Shown here: one piece after another, positions 42,153 through 57,235 of the stretch | Layout of the letters: the number at the start of each line of letters is the position of its first letter | Numbering within the stretch: position 1 is the stretch's first letter | NCBI GenBank assembly: GCA_951406725.2 | Contig: OX597819.1 | Span: forward strand, 46,128,001 to 46,192,000 | DNA length: 64,000 nucleotides | Direction: 5' to 3' | From: Octopus vulgaris | Taxonomy: Eukaryota | Program-made: the position numbers and the translations under genes | Notes under the pieces: generated by a model | Seen by the model: only the letters and a program-made list of their open reading frames with translations | Told to the model about the DNA's origin: nothing | Databases searched by the model: none

Positions 42153-42649
42153 CTGTCCTTGATGACGATGGTGGTGGTGGTGGTGATGGAAGTGGTGGTG
42201 GTAGAGGTGGTAGTGGTCGTAGTAGGTGGCGATTAGAATTAAGTAAGGTAGGATAAAACAGAAATGAGTATTGGAGATATATAGCTAAGCTAACCGAGAG
42301 CAGAGACGACGCAGGAAATATCCAGCAGAAGGAAGAGTTTTTACTTCTATACATAGAGGTCACTGTTTATATTCATCGAGGATTGATGCCCCATTTTGAC
42401 TAGGGATAGGCGAGTGATAACGTGGATTGGTGTTCTTAAAAATACGACAAATATCTATACACATGCAAACACATATTGCAGAGTCGATAGCAACGACGGG
42501 TAAAATGCTCGGCGACATTTCGTCCATCTTTATGTCATCAAGTTCAAATTTTTCCAAAATCGATTTTTGCCGTTCGTCTCTCGGAATCGATAACATAAGT
42601 GCCTCGAATTACTGGTCTTGTGCCAAAATATGGAACATATAATTACACA

Positions 42650-42690
<41 letters not shown>

Positions 42691-42692
<2 letters not shown>

Positions 42693-43003
42693 CTTAGAAT
42701 AACTTAGAAAGGTTTTGGCCAGTATTGGCCCAGGCCATGTCTAACTTAATACCACCACCTGGCGAAGTCTTTCAGTTCAGGATTTGGGCACCAAGGCCCA
42801 TTCGAGCAGAGAGTTATTGTTTGCGGAGACATATCCGGGTGTGGGTGGTTTGTCCGGTACTGTTTGAAGGAATTTGTCCAAAGACTTCTTGAATTTTGTG
42901 TGGTCAGTTTCTTTTTTTGACGTGTCCTGGTGTAATGTTGAAGAGAGCGGGTCCAATTGAGGTGAAATAGTTGTGCCATATTGTCGTTATGTGATGCGAT
43001 TTA
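42691..43003 (-). mobile_element. CR1-group LINE 3' end in (TA)n
   Basis: HNYFTSIGPALFN..FKKSLDKFLQTVPDKPPTPGYVSANNNSLLEW; 3' short tandem (ttctaagtta)x2. Confidence 0.7.
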
Positions 43004-43783
43004 GATTTAGATATATATATATATTTAAAATTAAGGATAAAATCTTTATAAGAAATTATCAGTAGTTAGCGTGAAAAACCTCGTAAGAGAAAAAATCTGT
43101 AAATTTTTCCACTTTGAAAATATTTATTTATATTATATAGAGGGTACTGCGAAATCACAGGTGATATGTAACTAAATTCTATTTTTAAATGACTTGCTTT
43201 GAATTTTTGCATTCGGTAAAATTTGTTTATTTTAGTAGTTTTGACTGCAAGAGTCCCTCCTAGCGTGCGGTACCTATGAATAATAGTACCCTCTATATAA
43301 TATATATATATATATATGAGTTGCCCCAAAAGAACACATATCTAAATATTTCAGCTTCATTTTCACGCTCCTAGTAGCTTTCGATCCTTTTGACATCCAT
43401 GTCACCAACTACGCTCTCTGCTTCCTTAACTCCTTTACTTTCTTCTCCTGCCCCCCCCCCCCAGCTTCTATTTAACTTTGGTGTAGAATCTCTCGAGAAA
43501 TGACGACCTGCAGGCTCTCTAACATCACCTCGCCCGCCGAACTACTCTTCAGGAGTGTAGACAACATTCTTAGGGAAATACTGTGTGATTGATTATTAAT
43601 TTCTTTGGTAGATATGCCCATATTATCTCGTCGTTTCGCCAAGCAAGACTTTCGTAAACAGAAGTTTGCGATTAAAGAAATCGTGAGTTTTCTGTTCTCT
43701 CACTCTTTTGACTTGAACTTTCTTCATGCACACAAACTGACATAGCCTAAACAATATATTCAGAGGATTTTATATAGACATAT

Positions 43784-43905
<122 letters not shown>

Positions 43906-43973
43906 CATATTTATATATATATGGATATATATATGTATATATATGGATATATATATGGATATATATATGTATG

Positions 43974-44025
<52 letters not shown>

Positions 44026-44134
44026 AATAATCATAAAGGGTAAAATTAATTAATTAATTAGTAATTAATAGAGTCGATTAAATTTCCGCATATAACCGAT
44101 GAAATCGACCACCATTCATCCCGAATAGCTTCTT

Positions 44135-45255
44135 TCAACTGTGTTACATTGCAGGGTTTTTCTCCTCAATCTTCCTTTTCAAAATACTCCCACAGATGTT
44201 CTATTGGATTTAGATCACGTGACATGGTAGGCCAAGGCAATACTTTTACCTTTTCATCTCATAAAAGCTTAGTCAGCATCTTAGTATATTCAGGGTCATT
44301 ATCTTGTTGGAACATGGAATGTCTTCCTAGTTCCTTGATGGTTTTCAACATTGTTTTCTACAATGTTCTATTGTGACCCAATCAAGTTGATTTTTAGTCT
44401 AGTCAGAAAAAAGAATTTTATTCAAAAAACTCTTTCCTCTAACATAGGTTTCGGCGAATGAAAGACGACTTGATTTATGACTGGTAATGGAAAGAGGCTT
44501 CCTACAAGGAATGCGTCCATGAAGACCACACTGGTTCAAACTTCGGCTAACTGTTTGGCGGATACACTTTTTCCTCTAATAGAAAACGCTTCTTGGGCCA
44601 AAGACGAAGCGGGACGACGCCTGTCATCCATCACGCAACGTTGGATGTGACAAATATCACGGGCAGTTGAAATAGAAGAACGACCTACCCGATGTTTATT
44701 GCTTCGCCGTCCAGTAGCTTTGTACTTCTGAATTACTTTGGCAACTGTGTTTACACTAATATGTATTCGTTTGCTAATTAACTTGTATCCTAAACCATTC
44801 TTGTGCAAATTAAAAATAATTTTCGTCAAATTATCAGACAATTCTTTTCCTTTTTGTGCCATTTTAATCACAATGAAAAATATTTTCACCACAGTACACA
44901 AATCAGAATTCCTGCAGATGCAGGAATTCCTGCAGACCGGTACAAAATGCCCGGAGAAATAACTTATCAGAATTGAAATTATCAGCAATTACCTGAAATT
45001 AGTAAAAAAAAAGTGGATAAAATAGTGAATATAGCAAATTTCCTTTACGGTGTACATATTTTTGAACCGATTGAAAATTAATATTTGTTCATATCTTTGA
45101 AAATGTTTGTTGTTTTGTGTTCCAAATTTGTATAATGTTCCCATGTATAATATATTTTATTCAATATAGATTTCGCTTGATTTCCTTCGATATTATCAGA
45201 GTAATGGCAACTTTACTGAAACTTTTTAGGGTGTACATACTTCTGTGAGATACTA
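44135..45255 (-). mobile_element. Decayed, internally deleted Tc1-like transposon (IR/DR type end)
   Basis: MAQKGKELS..LHKNGLGYKLISK..ISVNTVAKVIQKYK (paired-like HTH), GLHGRIPCRKP, FQQDNDP and WPTMSRDLNPIEHLW; end agtatctcacagaagtatgtacaccc abutting TA at 45255, inner repeat ggtgtacata at about 45049. Confidence 0.9.
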
Positions 45256-45268
45256 TATATATACATAC

Positions 45269-45317
<49 letters not shown>

Positions 45318-45464
45318 CACCGTGACCGACCTGGCTATCAGATGTTGCTACACATTGCTGGTCACAATGCGCTTCGCAGTGTTGTAGCCTTCAAATGACC
45401 AAATGACGCCATCCCGGTGGCTAAGCGAGCAGGCCATATATATATATATATATATATACATATG

Positions 45465-45548
<84 letters not shown>

Positions 45549-46163
45549 TGTATGTATGTGTGTATGTATGTATGGGAGTGTGTGTGAATGTGTATGCATT
45601 CGTCCATGTAGTGCTAAATTCCTTTACGTAAAAGGATCAAATTGACAGGTTACGTCATACAGTTAACAGCATATATACACACACGCGCACGCAGACACAC
45701 ACTCATTCACACACACACAAACACAGATTTTACCGTTCTCTTTTCAGCAAGAAACTTCTTTGACAAGGCATTTCTCTATCTGGAGTTTTAGTAGAAGACA
45801 TTTACCCAAGTTTACACAGAATGGAATGGAAGCCGCCACAACATGCTTCTCGTAGAAAATTCTCAACCACTTGCCCTACGCCAGCATACTGTATCATATT
45901 TTCAGTGAAACATTTTCACACATATCCTATGAATATTTGCTTCAGAAAAGTCTTCAGACTTTAAAGAAACTTGACACGATCATAGAACAATAGAAATAAT
46001 CGCTAACATTGCGACAATGCTAACAACAACAACTACTACTTCTACAACTAGTAGTAGTAGTGGTAGTAGTAGTTGTAGTAGTAGCAGCAGCAGCAACATT
46101 ATCCGGCCTAATTATGTTAGAAGTCATTAAAATCATTATCATCATTACTATGATTATCACTAA

Positions 46164-46194
<31 letters not shown>

Positions 46195-46236
46195 GACATC
46201 ATCATTATCATCATCATCATCACATCATCATCATCA

Positions 46237-46282
<46 letters not shown>

Positions 46283-46948
46283 CATCATCATTCCAAGTTG
46301 TAACAGGAACATGGTGCAAAAACAAACAAACGCCAACCAACCGAAAGTTACGGTATTTTGCGACAGCCGACATTTTCTTGTTCCCGATTTCTCTTACTCC
46401 CTCTCTTTCTTCCACGCCCCCCCTCTCTCCCTCTCTCTCTCTTTCTCTTTGCTTCACCTCCTCTAACTTTCTTAGTTTCTCCATATGTCTGCACGCGTCT
46501 CTATGCGTATACGTATGTGTGTGCCTATCATTTAATCTTTCCTACACTTCCAAAACTGTATTTACTATTGATAAATTGATAAGCTATCTAATATCAGACT
46601 GTCTAGTTGAGACCAAGTGAAATGAATGAGCAGTACACGTTACGTGATGAATCTGATAAAGAGCACGGATAATATAGCTATATAAACAGATTCTTATCGG
46701 CTCTTTAGATATATATTTAATATATGGTAGGCTCTAAGGACATAAAATAATTGCTTCGTGCACAGGCATGACATCTCAGATTTGTGGAGGTGGCCAAATG
46801 GAATAATGCGATGTTCGTGCGTTTCGTTAAGAAATTAAGCGTCTAGCAACGAAGTATGCGTGTATGCGTGTGTGAGTGTGTGTGTGTTTGTGTGTGTGTG
46901 TGTGCATGTGTCTATGTTGTGTACGCGTGCATGTATACATATATATAA

Positions 46949-46999
<51 letters not shown>

Positions 47000-47215
47000 C
47001 ACACATGTGTATATACATATATGATATACACATATGTACATGGATGGATGGATGTATATATATATGTGTGTGTGTATGTATGTTTCTGCGCTTACGTATA
47101 TATGTTTATGAATACACACATATATATGTATATATATATAAATATATATATGTCTATACATATATATATATACATATATATACAATTATGTATATATACA
47201 TATATACATATATAA

Positions 47216-47253
<38 letters not shown>

Positions 47254-47270
47254 CCTACACACACAGACAG

Positions 47271-47355
<85 letters not shown>

Positions 47356-47812
47356 CTCTCACAAGTACGAAAGACTGCCGCAGATTAAAGAACATATGGA
47401 TATCTACGCATTACGACAAGAAAACAAAGAACTGATTTATTTTATTTATCTATTTATGTATTTATTTGTTTATTTATTTGTTTCTTACGGCACAATTATG
47501 GTTGTGCGAGCGTAGAGCAACACGCTTCGCTCATTAGGCAACTATTTACTAGGAACCAACCACTTGTCAACGGACGTGCGTCTATTTTCTTCTATATCTC
47601 TCTTTTACTGCTATTAAAAAGGCCTCTGCTTTGAGAAACTATGAGAGATACAGCCATTCCTTTCCTGATATATTCATTAAATAATATAAAGCAAAATAAA
47701 ATTTATAAAATCCTAGGGAGTCAAGAATTATAGATGTGGCAGCAGCGAAAGTTTTCTACGATGCGACCTGTTATCTTTTGATTCGATAAACTTAGCCTCG
47801 TAATGTCTACCA

Positions 47813-48280
47813 CTGTGGTTCTCAGCCGGGATGTATACGACTCTTAGGGGTCCATATGACTCTTAGGAATCCATATAAATTTTATGGATCCATATGACTC
47901 TTAGGGTTCCATATGACTCTTAGGAGTCCTTAAGACTCTTGGAGGTTCATATGACTCTTGGGGGTCCATATGCCTCTTAGTAGTCCATATAACTTTTATG
48001 GATCCATATGACTCTTAGTGATCTATATGATTCTTAGGAGTCCATATGACTCTTGTGGGTCCTTATAAAATTTTGTTGTTAAAATTTATGTGTAATTAAT
48101 TGATCATACTTCTACAACACAAAAAATATTTTAACATTTTTTAAAAGTAGAATTTATAATGATATTTAATTATAATAAAATAATAGTGTCTTTTAAAACA
48201 TTGAACGGCTATAAGGAGCTAACGGAGTAAAATAAGGATCAAAGAAGGGTCTATACATAAAATATGTTTGAGAGACACGG
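47813..48280. mobile_element. Non-autonomous hAT (Charlie-like) element with internal minisatellite
   Basis: Ends ctgtggttctca../..ttgagagacacgg resemble CAGTGGTTCTCAA TIRs; 8-bp TSD gtctacca (47805-47812) / gtctaaca (48281-48288). Confidence 0.7.
47830..48070. repeat. About 19-20 bp minisatellite (ccatatgactcttaggggt)n, roughly 12 units
   Basis: Read directly; the variant unit ccatataaattttatggat recurs. Confidence 0.92.
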
Positions 48281-48897
48281 GTCTAACATAGAAATGATTA
48301 AGAAATTCCAAATATTGTAAAAGAAGAATTCCAGCGATTGTCCTTAGATTGACACCACTTGTGAAGTAAATGAGTAGTATTCGGTGACAAAAGATTTGGA
48401 TAATGATGGGGGTTGGGATATTGCTAAAGCCATGAACTGGAAATCAGAGAGAAAAAAATCTCAAGTATTTTGAGATGTGCCTCCACATAACATACAAGAA
48501 GTCCTCAGTGTGTGTATGTGAGAGAGAGAGGGTGAGGGAGGGAGAAATTGAGGCAAAAAATATAAGTTTCGATTGACAAAGGCGACGATGTGGAGGCTGG
48601 TTAATTGATTCATCAAGAACTTACTTCGTATGTCCAAGAAGCACGTTCTCAGGAAATATGTCTTTTACAGATTGTATATAATATTGTCAACCACCCAACC
48701 TCCACTGGGAGGTAGATATGTCAACAACTGTTCAAATCTTCATAATTAATTCCCTGGCCATTTGAGTTTGTACTGAGTGTAGTGGAACTGGATAAGACCA
48801 TACTTGCTAGCATGGTTATTGCGAGTGGAACACTGACACGACCTTCTCTTTTTCTTTACTTTTCATTGTCTACCTCTTTCGCACTTTCTCTCTTTCC

Positions 48898-48937
<40 letters not shown>

Positions 48938-49212
48938 CTCTCCCTCTCTCTCTCTCTCTCTCTGTCTCACATACACGCCCTCTCTCACTGTATACATTTA
49001 TAACACAAACACCCACACACACACACACATACAAGAAACACACATGGCTATGTGTGTAAGTAATTATACATACAGTTATAATGATACAAATATATACACA
49101 TGCATATAGACATGAGAATACGTGTATACATATATACATGTATGTGTATGTATATATACATATTTGTCTGTGTGTGAATTTATATATCTATATATCTATA
49201 TATATGTATATG

Positions 49213-49276
<64 letters not shown>

Positions 49277-49302
49277 TGTGTATATATAACACACACATAT
49301 AC

Positions 49303-49349
<47 letters not shown>

Positions 49350-49352
<3 letters not shown>

Positions 49353-49501
49353 CATAAATATACAAAATCTGTTATATATCAGACAGTTTTTGTGAAATTT
49401 CTAGCAAAAACTGTCTGATGGGCAAGGAAACTCAGGTAACACACATGATACGTAAAATATATATTACTCTACCACTGGTATTTGAGTATACCTTGTTTCA
49501 C

Positions 49502-49506
<5 letters not shown>
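49350..49506 (+). mobile_element. Fold-back hammerhead element, family A, copy 3 (deleted/decayed)
   Basis: caaaatctgtta..atcagacagtttttg..ctagcaaaaactgtctgatg..gaaactcag.gtaac..attactctaccactggtatttgagta. Confidence 0.75.
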
Positions 49507-49538
<32 letters not shown>

Positions 49539-50258
49539 TATATGTGTGTATATGTATATGTATATATATGTATATGTATATATGTCTTATACATATACAT
49601 ATTAATCTGCCAGTTTGTGCGTGTGTTCACCGTTTTTCAATTTTCCTTTTCACCCTTCCCTGCCAATGTTTGTCTCTTTCTTTCTCTCTTTCCTCCCTCT
49701 CTCTCTCTCTCTCTCTTTCTCTTTCCCTTCCTCTTTCTCTCCCTCTCTCTCACTCACTCTCTCTCACTCACTCTCCCTTTCTCTCTCCACCATGAAGATA
49801 AACGGCTAGATACAAACAGAACAGAGAGGTTTAGAGCAAACTGCAAAAAAAAAAAATAATAAAAACACTCGTTAGATACGATCTTGCCTTTATAAATTCA
49901 AATTTATCTGCGATCTTTTTATTTACTTTCATCGCTCCTTGATGGATACAACATTATCAGTTGTACCAGCTACATACATATATATATATATATATATACA
50001 GCATATTACAGTATTATTAGTTATATACCGTTGTCAATTTAATTGACTTTACGCCACTCACTGTACACGAAACGACCTTCTGAATGAAACAATTACCATT
50101 GCTGTCATCAGAGCCATTCAGCCCCAACTCTTTCTCCTTTTGTTTTCTTTGACTCTTTTCTTTCTCCTTCTTCTTCTTCTTCCATTCACCTTCACTGTAC
50201 TGTTCATCTTCCTCGTTATGCTGAACCTCATCTAATTACACACATACACACACACACA

Positions 50259-50295
<37 letters not shown>

Positions 50296-50386
50296 GTATA
50301 TGTACAACTATATTTATCATATATATATACATATATATATACACACACATCTATATACATATAATGTATATATATGCGTATATATG

Positions 50387-50432
<46 letters not shown>

Positions 50433-50788
50433 CATGTATGTAGGTTTGTACTCGGACGCTCACGTTTATAAACGGATGCAAGTACATATCGTTATACACC
50501 TACATGAACCTAAAAGGAAACACACAGCTTAGGTATAACACAAACACATACGCACCCATATATATATATATATATACATATAGGTAAACAGTAAAAATAA
50601 TTACAGACATGGACAAGAACATGAAACGCCACAGAGACGACACAAGAACCACAGGACGGGACATTCGAAGCCCTCAGTCATCAGTCAAGAACCAGATCAT
50701 CTTAGCAATTTCGATATACATATATATATATACGCATATGTATATACATCCATCCATTCAGAGATACATACATATATACATACAAACA

Positions 50789-50822
<34 letters not shown>

Positions 50823-51679
50823 CATATACATACATACATACATACATACATACATACATACATACATACATACATACATACATACATACATACATAGCTG
50901 CATACATACATACATACGTACATACTTACATTCATACATACATACAATTTTGTGTGCGCGTGTATATATACGTATCAACACATTTATATATATATATATT
51001 TTAATTTTATCTTGTTTCAGCTCGATCTGTGGCCATGCTAGAGCAGTTATATATTCACACGTCAACATGCATACCTTCACATAATCGAATGTATAACTAT
51101 TTCCCATACACACTCACGTATACATACACGCACACGCGCGCACATACACACATACACATACACACATACACACACACAAGTAATTGCAACCAAACATATT
51201 CAATCTCTTGAACGTGCCTTACACACACTCTTACAAACACCGAAACACAATTTTTAATCAAATACTTACACACATTCACACTCGCCTCGTCCTTCGTATT
51301 CCCTTAGATTCGAAGTAATATGATTTATGGGCTGCTGTTGGGGTCAAAGTTATAGATGAAGGAAAAGGGTTTGTATCAGTGAACTCTTTCTATTGTGAAG
51401 CTAGCAAAGTATGTTTTAATTTCCTTAGTAGTTTTGACGAACGGAAGTTCCAATCTTTACAATCGAAGAGGAGACGATCTTGGGTGGAGGTTCGCAGTGT
51501 GAAGGAACACAGTATTAGCGGGAAGTGTAGGGAGATAGGAGGGAACTAAGTGAAAAGCCAGGTAGCAAGGAGTGTGTGAAGTATTTGGGACAAAGTAAGG
51601 TGGTAGAATTGAGGAAAGTCTCGGTTTTTTTTTATGAGGGATTTTGTGAGTGTAAGCGTACGTAAATGAAAGAGCAAGT

Positions 51680-52210
51680 TAGTGAGTGAGTGAATGAGTG
51701 AGTGAGTGAGTGAGTGAGTGAGTGAGTGAGTGAGTGAGTGAGTGAGTGGGCGAGTGAGTGAGTGAGTGAGTGATTGAATGAGTGGGTGAATGGGCAAGTG
51801 AGTGTGCGAATGAGTGAGTAAGTGAGTGGGCGAGTAAGTGACTTAGTGAGTGGGTGAGTTAGTGAGTGAGCGAGTGAGTGAGCGAGCGAGTGAGCGAGCG
51901 AGTGAGCGAGTGAGCATGTGACTGAGTGAGGGAGTGAGTGTATGGGCGAGTAAGCGACACGGTGAGTGAGTTAGTGAGTGCGCAGGTGAGGGAGCAAGTG
52001 AGTGAGTGAGCGAGTGAGTGAATGAGTGAGTGAGTGAGTGAGTGAGTGCGTGAGTGAGTGAGTGAGTGAGTGAGTGAGTGAGTGTATATGAATAATTTAG
52101 CGCGTGAGTGCCTGAAAGTATGAACGTTAGACTGCGTGAGAGAAGACATATGAGAGTGAATGAGTATGTGAGAGAGAGAATGTGTGTGTGAGTGTGTGAG
52201 TGAGAGTATA
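51680..52210. repeat. Long degenerate (GAGT)n tract
   Basis: Read directly; source of the THSLTHSL ORFs. Confidence 0.93.
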
Positions 52211-52874
52211 AATGTGCGTACTACGTGTATGCGCGCACGTGAGTGTGTTCGTCAATACATAGACGAGTGAGTATTTATTGAGGGTATGTAATTAATAAAA
52301 AATATCAGGGTGACTGAGTGTGGAAGTTCTTAATTTAGTGTGTAATAGTAAGCTAGTATGTGCATAGTTATGGGTAGGCGTGAGTGAATGTTTGCGTGTG
52401 TGAATGAGTGTGAATGAGTGTGCGAATTTATGTGTTAGTACGAAGACGTGTGCGTGTGAGCCTGTGACGTGCGTAAGAGTGTGAATGAATGTGTGAGCGT
52501 ATGGCTGACTGAGTGTGACTGGGTGAGTGAACCAATAAGAATATGAATTATTAAAGAAGGGAGAGAATGATTGAATGGGTGAATATTTGATGAAAGGCGT
52601 GAATGAATAACTGGGCTCGTTCGCACACGGAAGTATTACTGAGAGAGTGTCTACGAAAAAATGAAATGTGAGTGAACGATTAAGGGAAAATTGAAGAGAA
52701 AGAAATACAAAGATTGAGAGTAACAGAGAGGCTGACAGGGAAAGAGGGAGAGAAAAGAGAGAGAAGGAGAGAAAGAGAGAAAAAGAGAGTGGACATTTTG
52801 AACACTTCCTAAACGTGTAATATTGTATGATGGAGTACTATTTATAATATTCCACAAAAGAAATTATATATATA

Positions 52875-53732
52875 TACGAGGGTAATCCCCAAAAGTCAGG
52901 ATTCAAAAAATATTTAGAAGTCACAGAAACGTTTATTGTCAATGATGTTTACATAATTTAAAGTTTGAACATTTATCTATATTTCGACATAATTGCCACT
53001 TCGGTCGATACATTTTTTTGTAGGTGCTGGGAGAGTTTTTGCATGCCCGTGTCATACCAGCTCACTGCCATGTCGTTGAGGAAGCGTTGAACCTCATCGT
53101 TCACCTCGTTGTCATTGGTGAAGCACGTTCCGGCCAAATGTTCTTTCGTTGTGTGCCAAGTCCGGACAATAAGGTGGGTGGCCGTTTATAGTCTTCTGTG
53201 AGCTTTCGTGGGACCCAGCTTGCGCACACCTTCCGATATTGCAACTTTTCACTCAAAACCCTATGAATGATGCTCCAGGAAAACTCAGTAATCAAAATGC
53301 GGAGATTATCCAGAGTGATCTACCGATTTTCACGCAGGATTTGCTCAGCTTTCGCAACTGTCTCGTCGGAAATTGACCGCTTCTTTCTTCGTCATGAATT
53401 TCAGTACGACCAGCTGCAAATTCCCTACAACACTTGCGGACGTTTTTGATATCCATGCACGACGCGTCATACACTTTCGCTAATTGGCGACGAATTTCAA
53501 TCGGTTTAATGGTTTTTGCGTTCAAAACCCGAATAACTGTGCGAACTTCACACTTGGCGGTAGGTCAATCGAGTGCTTCATCAGATACGACTGCCAAACC
53601 AAAAGTGAGTGTTGCAGAGAGGCGCGCAGGTGCAGGCGCGCAGGTGCAGGCGCGCAGGTGCAGGCGCATGCACAACAAACACAACAGTTTGCCAATAGCC
53701 GCACACCCAGTTTCCCTGGGACTACACTCGTA
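52875..53732 (-). mobile_element. Internally deleted mariner-like element with both TIRs
   Basis: TA-flanked ends tacgagggtaatccc / gggactacactcgta; remnants [34 protein letters not shown] (WVPxxL) and C-terminal WYDTGMQKL..KCIDRSGNYVE; catalytic DD34D region missing. Confidence 0.9.
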
Positions 53733-53765
53733 TCTAACTATCTATCTCTCTCTCTATCTATCAAC

Positions 53766-53810
<45 letters not shown>

Positions 53811-53970
53811 CAAACATTTATATATCCATACGTATACATATATATATATATATATACACATACATATATATATATGCATATATATACATTTATATATACA
53901 TACATGCATATATATATATATATATATATATAAGTTTATACACACACATATATATAGATGCATCTATCCA

Positions 53971-54031
<61 letters not shown>

Positions 54032-54561
54032 ATTTATATATACATACATATGTATATATGCATATACATACATTTATATATATGTTTATGCATATATATA
54101 TATATTTCGTTTTGGGATTTGGTTTGCAAGATTCTTTATATGAGATCGTGTGTTGAAGCATATTCTGTTGTTGTCTGGGGAGAGTCATTTTCTTTTTGTG
54201 CCTTATTATTTAACACACTCACCGGTAAAATTTCCACTTTTTTCTTATTTCTATTGTCCTAAAATGTTCGTTGCGTCTTACAACCTTTTCAATAGTTTTA
54301 ACTCTATCCCTTATTTACACTGCGTTCCCTTTGGTTTGTTCGTGCGCATGTGTCTGGGTCAGTGTGTGTGTGTGTGTACGTATGTATGTGTGTGTGTTTG
54401 CATGTGTATGTATATATATATGTATGTAAGCATATTATATATGTATGTATGTGTGTGCATCTGTATGTACGTATCCTCCATATTTATGTGCTTGCCTGTC
54501 CGTGTTTGTGTATTTTCTATGTATGTGTGTGTGAGCACCTCTGTCTCCTTCTGTGTGCATA

Positions 54562-54597
<36 letters not shown>

Positions 54598-55134
54598 GCA
54601 ACTATGTACCATGTTTGTATGTATGGTTGTGCATCTTTATATGTGAGGATCCGTGTCTTCATATGTGTCTGTTCATATAGTCTATATACCTATCCGTCTG
54701 TATATTGATCTGTTTATTTACATATCTATATGCTTACATACAGAAAAAAAGTGTATACACACACACACTCACACCCACATACATACATTTATCTACCTAA
54801 CAGTCCACTAACTATTCTACTCTACCTGTGTAAACTGTGGGTATGGAGGTATGGTATTTATTGTGTATATTTCCTATTTAGTGTTGGGCCAAGCACCCAA
54901 AAGACCCAACACTCAAACAAATACGGGATTACGTCCTTATAAATGAAACCTCCCCAATAGATAGATAAATAGATAGATATAGATATATCTATCTATCTAT
55001 CTATTTATATACATATATGTATTACATATATATATATACATATATATATATATACATACATATATATATACGTACATATATATATATACGTACATACACA
55101 CACACACACACACACACACATACACACATATATA

Positions 55135-55167
<33 letters not shown>

Positions 55168-55168
55168 A

Positions 55169-55614
55169 TACAGGGTCTGTCAAAAAGAATGCATACATAT
55201 TTCAGGAAGGGAAAACTCTCTATAAATGTTTTAATTCAGTATTATTGCAATTTATTCAGCGTTGCCGCACTTTGATAAAACATCAAGTGAGGTATCTATA
55301 TTTACAGCGGTGCTTATACAAGACAAATATTTATACAGATTTTTTCCTTTCCACGCAAATGCCCAAAATATGAGAACAAACTATTTTTAATTTCTAATTT
55401 TTTTTTTTTATTATTCCCAAGTTTTTGTCGTTTAATTCTTAATATTTTATTAGATGGATATACACATAGTAACCGGGCAATATTTTATAAAAAAGTCACT
55501 CAACGTAACTTGTAACGGATATAAAACAATCTTTAAACGTACTTTTGTGCTATTTCGACCTTTACTTTCTAACAATAACTTTCGATTTGTATGGATTCTT
55601 AACACCCATTTCAA

Positions 55615-55619
<5 letters not shown>
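55169..55619. mobile_element. Putative Tc1/mariner-type MITE; its left end is locally duplicated at about 55900-55997
   Basis: TA-CAG...CTG-TA ends with subterminal aagaat(g/c)catac in inverted orientation; about 55142-55243 repeated at about 55900-55997. Confidence 0.5.
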
Positions 55620-55699
<80 letters not shown>

Positions 55700-55781
55700 T
55701 GTATATATATAACTGTATATATGTATATATATAACTGTATATATGTATATATATAACTGTATATATGTATATATATGTATA

Positions 55782-55841
<60 letters not shown>

Positions 55842-57179
55842 GAAGTGAGAAAAACACAAGCAAACGGACCCTAAAGCAAAGGAAAAGTGCAAAGAGAGAT
55901 GTATGTATGTATGTATGTATGTATATACAGGGTCTGTCAAAAAGAATGCATACATATTTCAGGAAGAAAACTCTCTATAAATGTTTTAATTCAGTATTCT
56001 AAATACGTGTCAACGATGGATGAATGTTCTAACAATCAGAAAGAACACGATAGTGACAAGGACTGCCATGAACTTGCAGTATTGACTTTAGCTCCTCAAG
56101 TGGGTATAAGTTGACGAAGTGGATGGATCATTTCTATACCCAATATGAAGGCGTACTTCCATCGATAGTGCGAGCTAGCGATGGAATCTCTGTGCAAATC
56201 ACTCGATCTACAAGACATAGCAACCAATTCTTCCTCAAAATACACACTACTTTGTTCAAAAAGTAAACATTAAGTAGCGTAGAATACGGAATTCTGTCGT
56301 TTACTATTGACTTCCTTTCTGCACGTATCTCTCTCTTCCTTTCTCTCTCTCTCTCTCTTTCTTTCTCTCTCTGTACGTATGTATGTATGTATGTTTGTAT
56401 ATATGTATGTTCGTATATGTGTATATATCAAGGAATAAAGGGAAATCTATTTGTATGCATATAAAGGAATAACGAAATACGTGTATGTATGTATATATGT
56501 ACGTATGAATGTATGTATGAATGTGTGTTTATGTGTGTGTATGTGTGTATGTCTATAGGTACATACTCAATTACTCAATATTTACTGTGTAGTAACAATA
56601 CTAAAACTACGAATAGTAACAGAACGACAACAACTACAACAGACATCATAACGTCCCCCAGTTAATGTGTATTTTATGACTCAGACTACTTTGATCACAA
56701 AGTAAAATATTGAATTGTTTATGATTTCGCATATTTGTTTACGCTCGATATTTCGTAGAGATCTTTGATGTTTAGTAAAGTCTTCAATCTATCAATTAAA
56801 ATTACCTTTTAATTATTCTTTAATCACATATTCACTTTATGAGATAATATCCAACGCTGGTTATTATCTTTATGAGTGGGAACTTGTAGCGATGTAAATA
56901 ATCTTAATTATCTTTATTCACATTCTACTGTAAGCATGCGTCTTAGAACGACTAACAGACTGGCAAACAGACAGACAGACAGTCAGACAGTCAGACAGTC
57001 AGACAGTCAGACAGTCAGACAGACATGTAAGCAAGCAAGCGAGACGTCAATGCAGCAGAACGTTCCGTAGCAATTATTTTGAAACTCGGTTGGATTTTAC
57101 TTCATATACGACGGGAGGTATACGGTTGAGAAAATCATGAACGTCACAAAATCCGAATCGAACATGTGCTTAAGAAAGC

Positions 57180-57224
<45 letters not shown>

Positions 57225-57235
57225 TAGATAGATAT

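Noticed and set aside
43325-43746. Exon-like unique sequence after a minus-strand ttag acceptor
   Set aside because: All three frames hit stops within about 40 codons; no recognisable motif.
50660-50700. Minus-strand CTGATGA..GAATGTC as a hammerhead
   Set aside because: GAAA incomplete, no stem I pairing, and the related copy near 12985 lacks the core.
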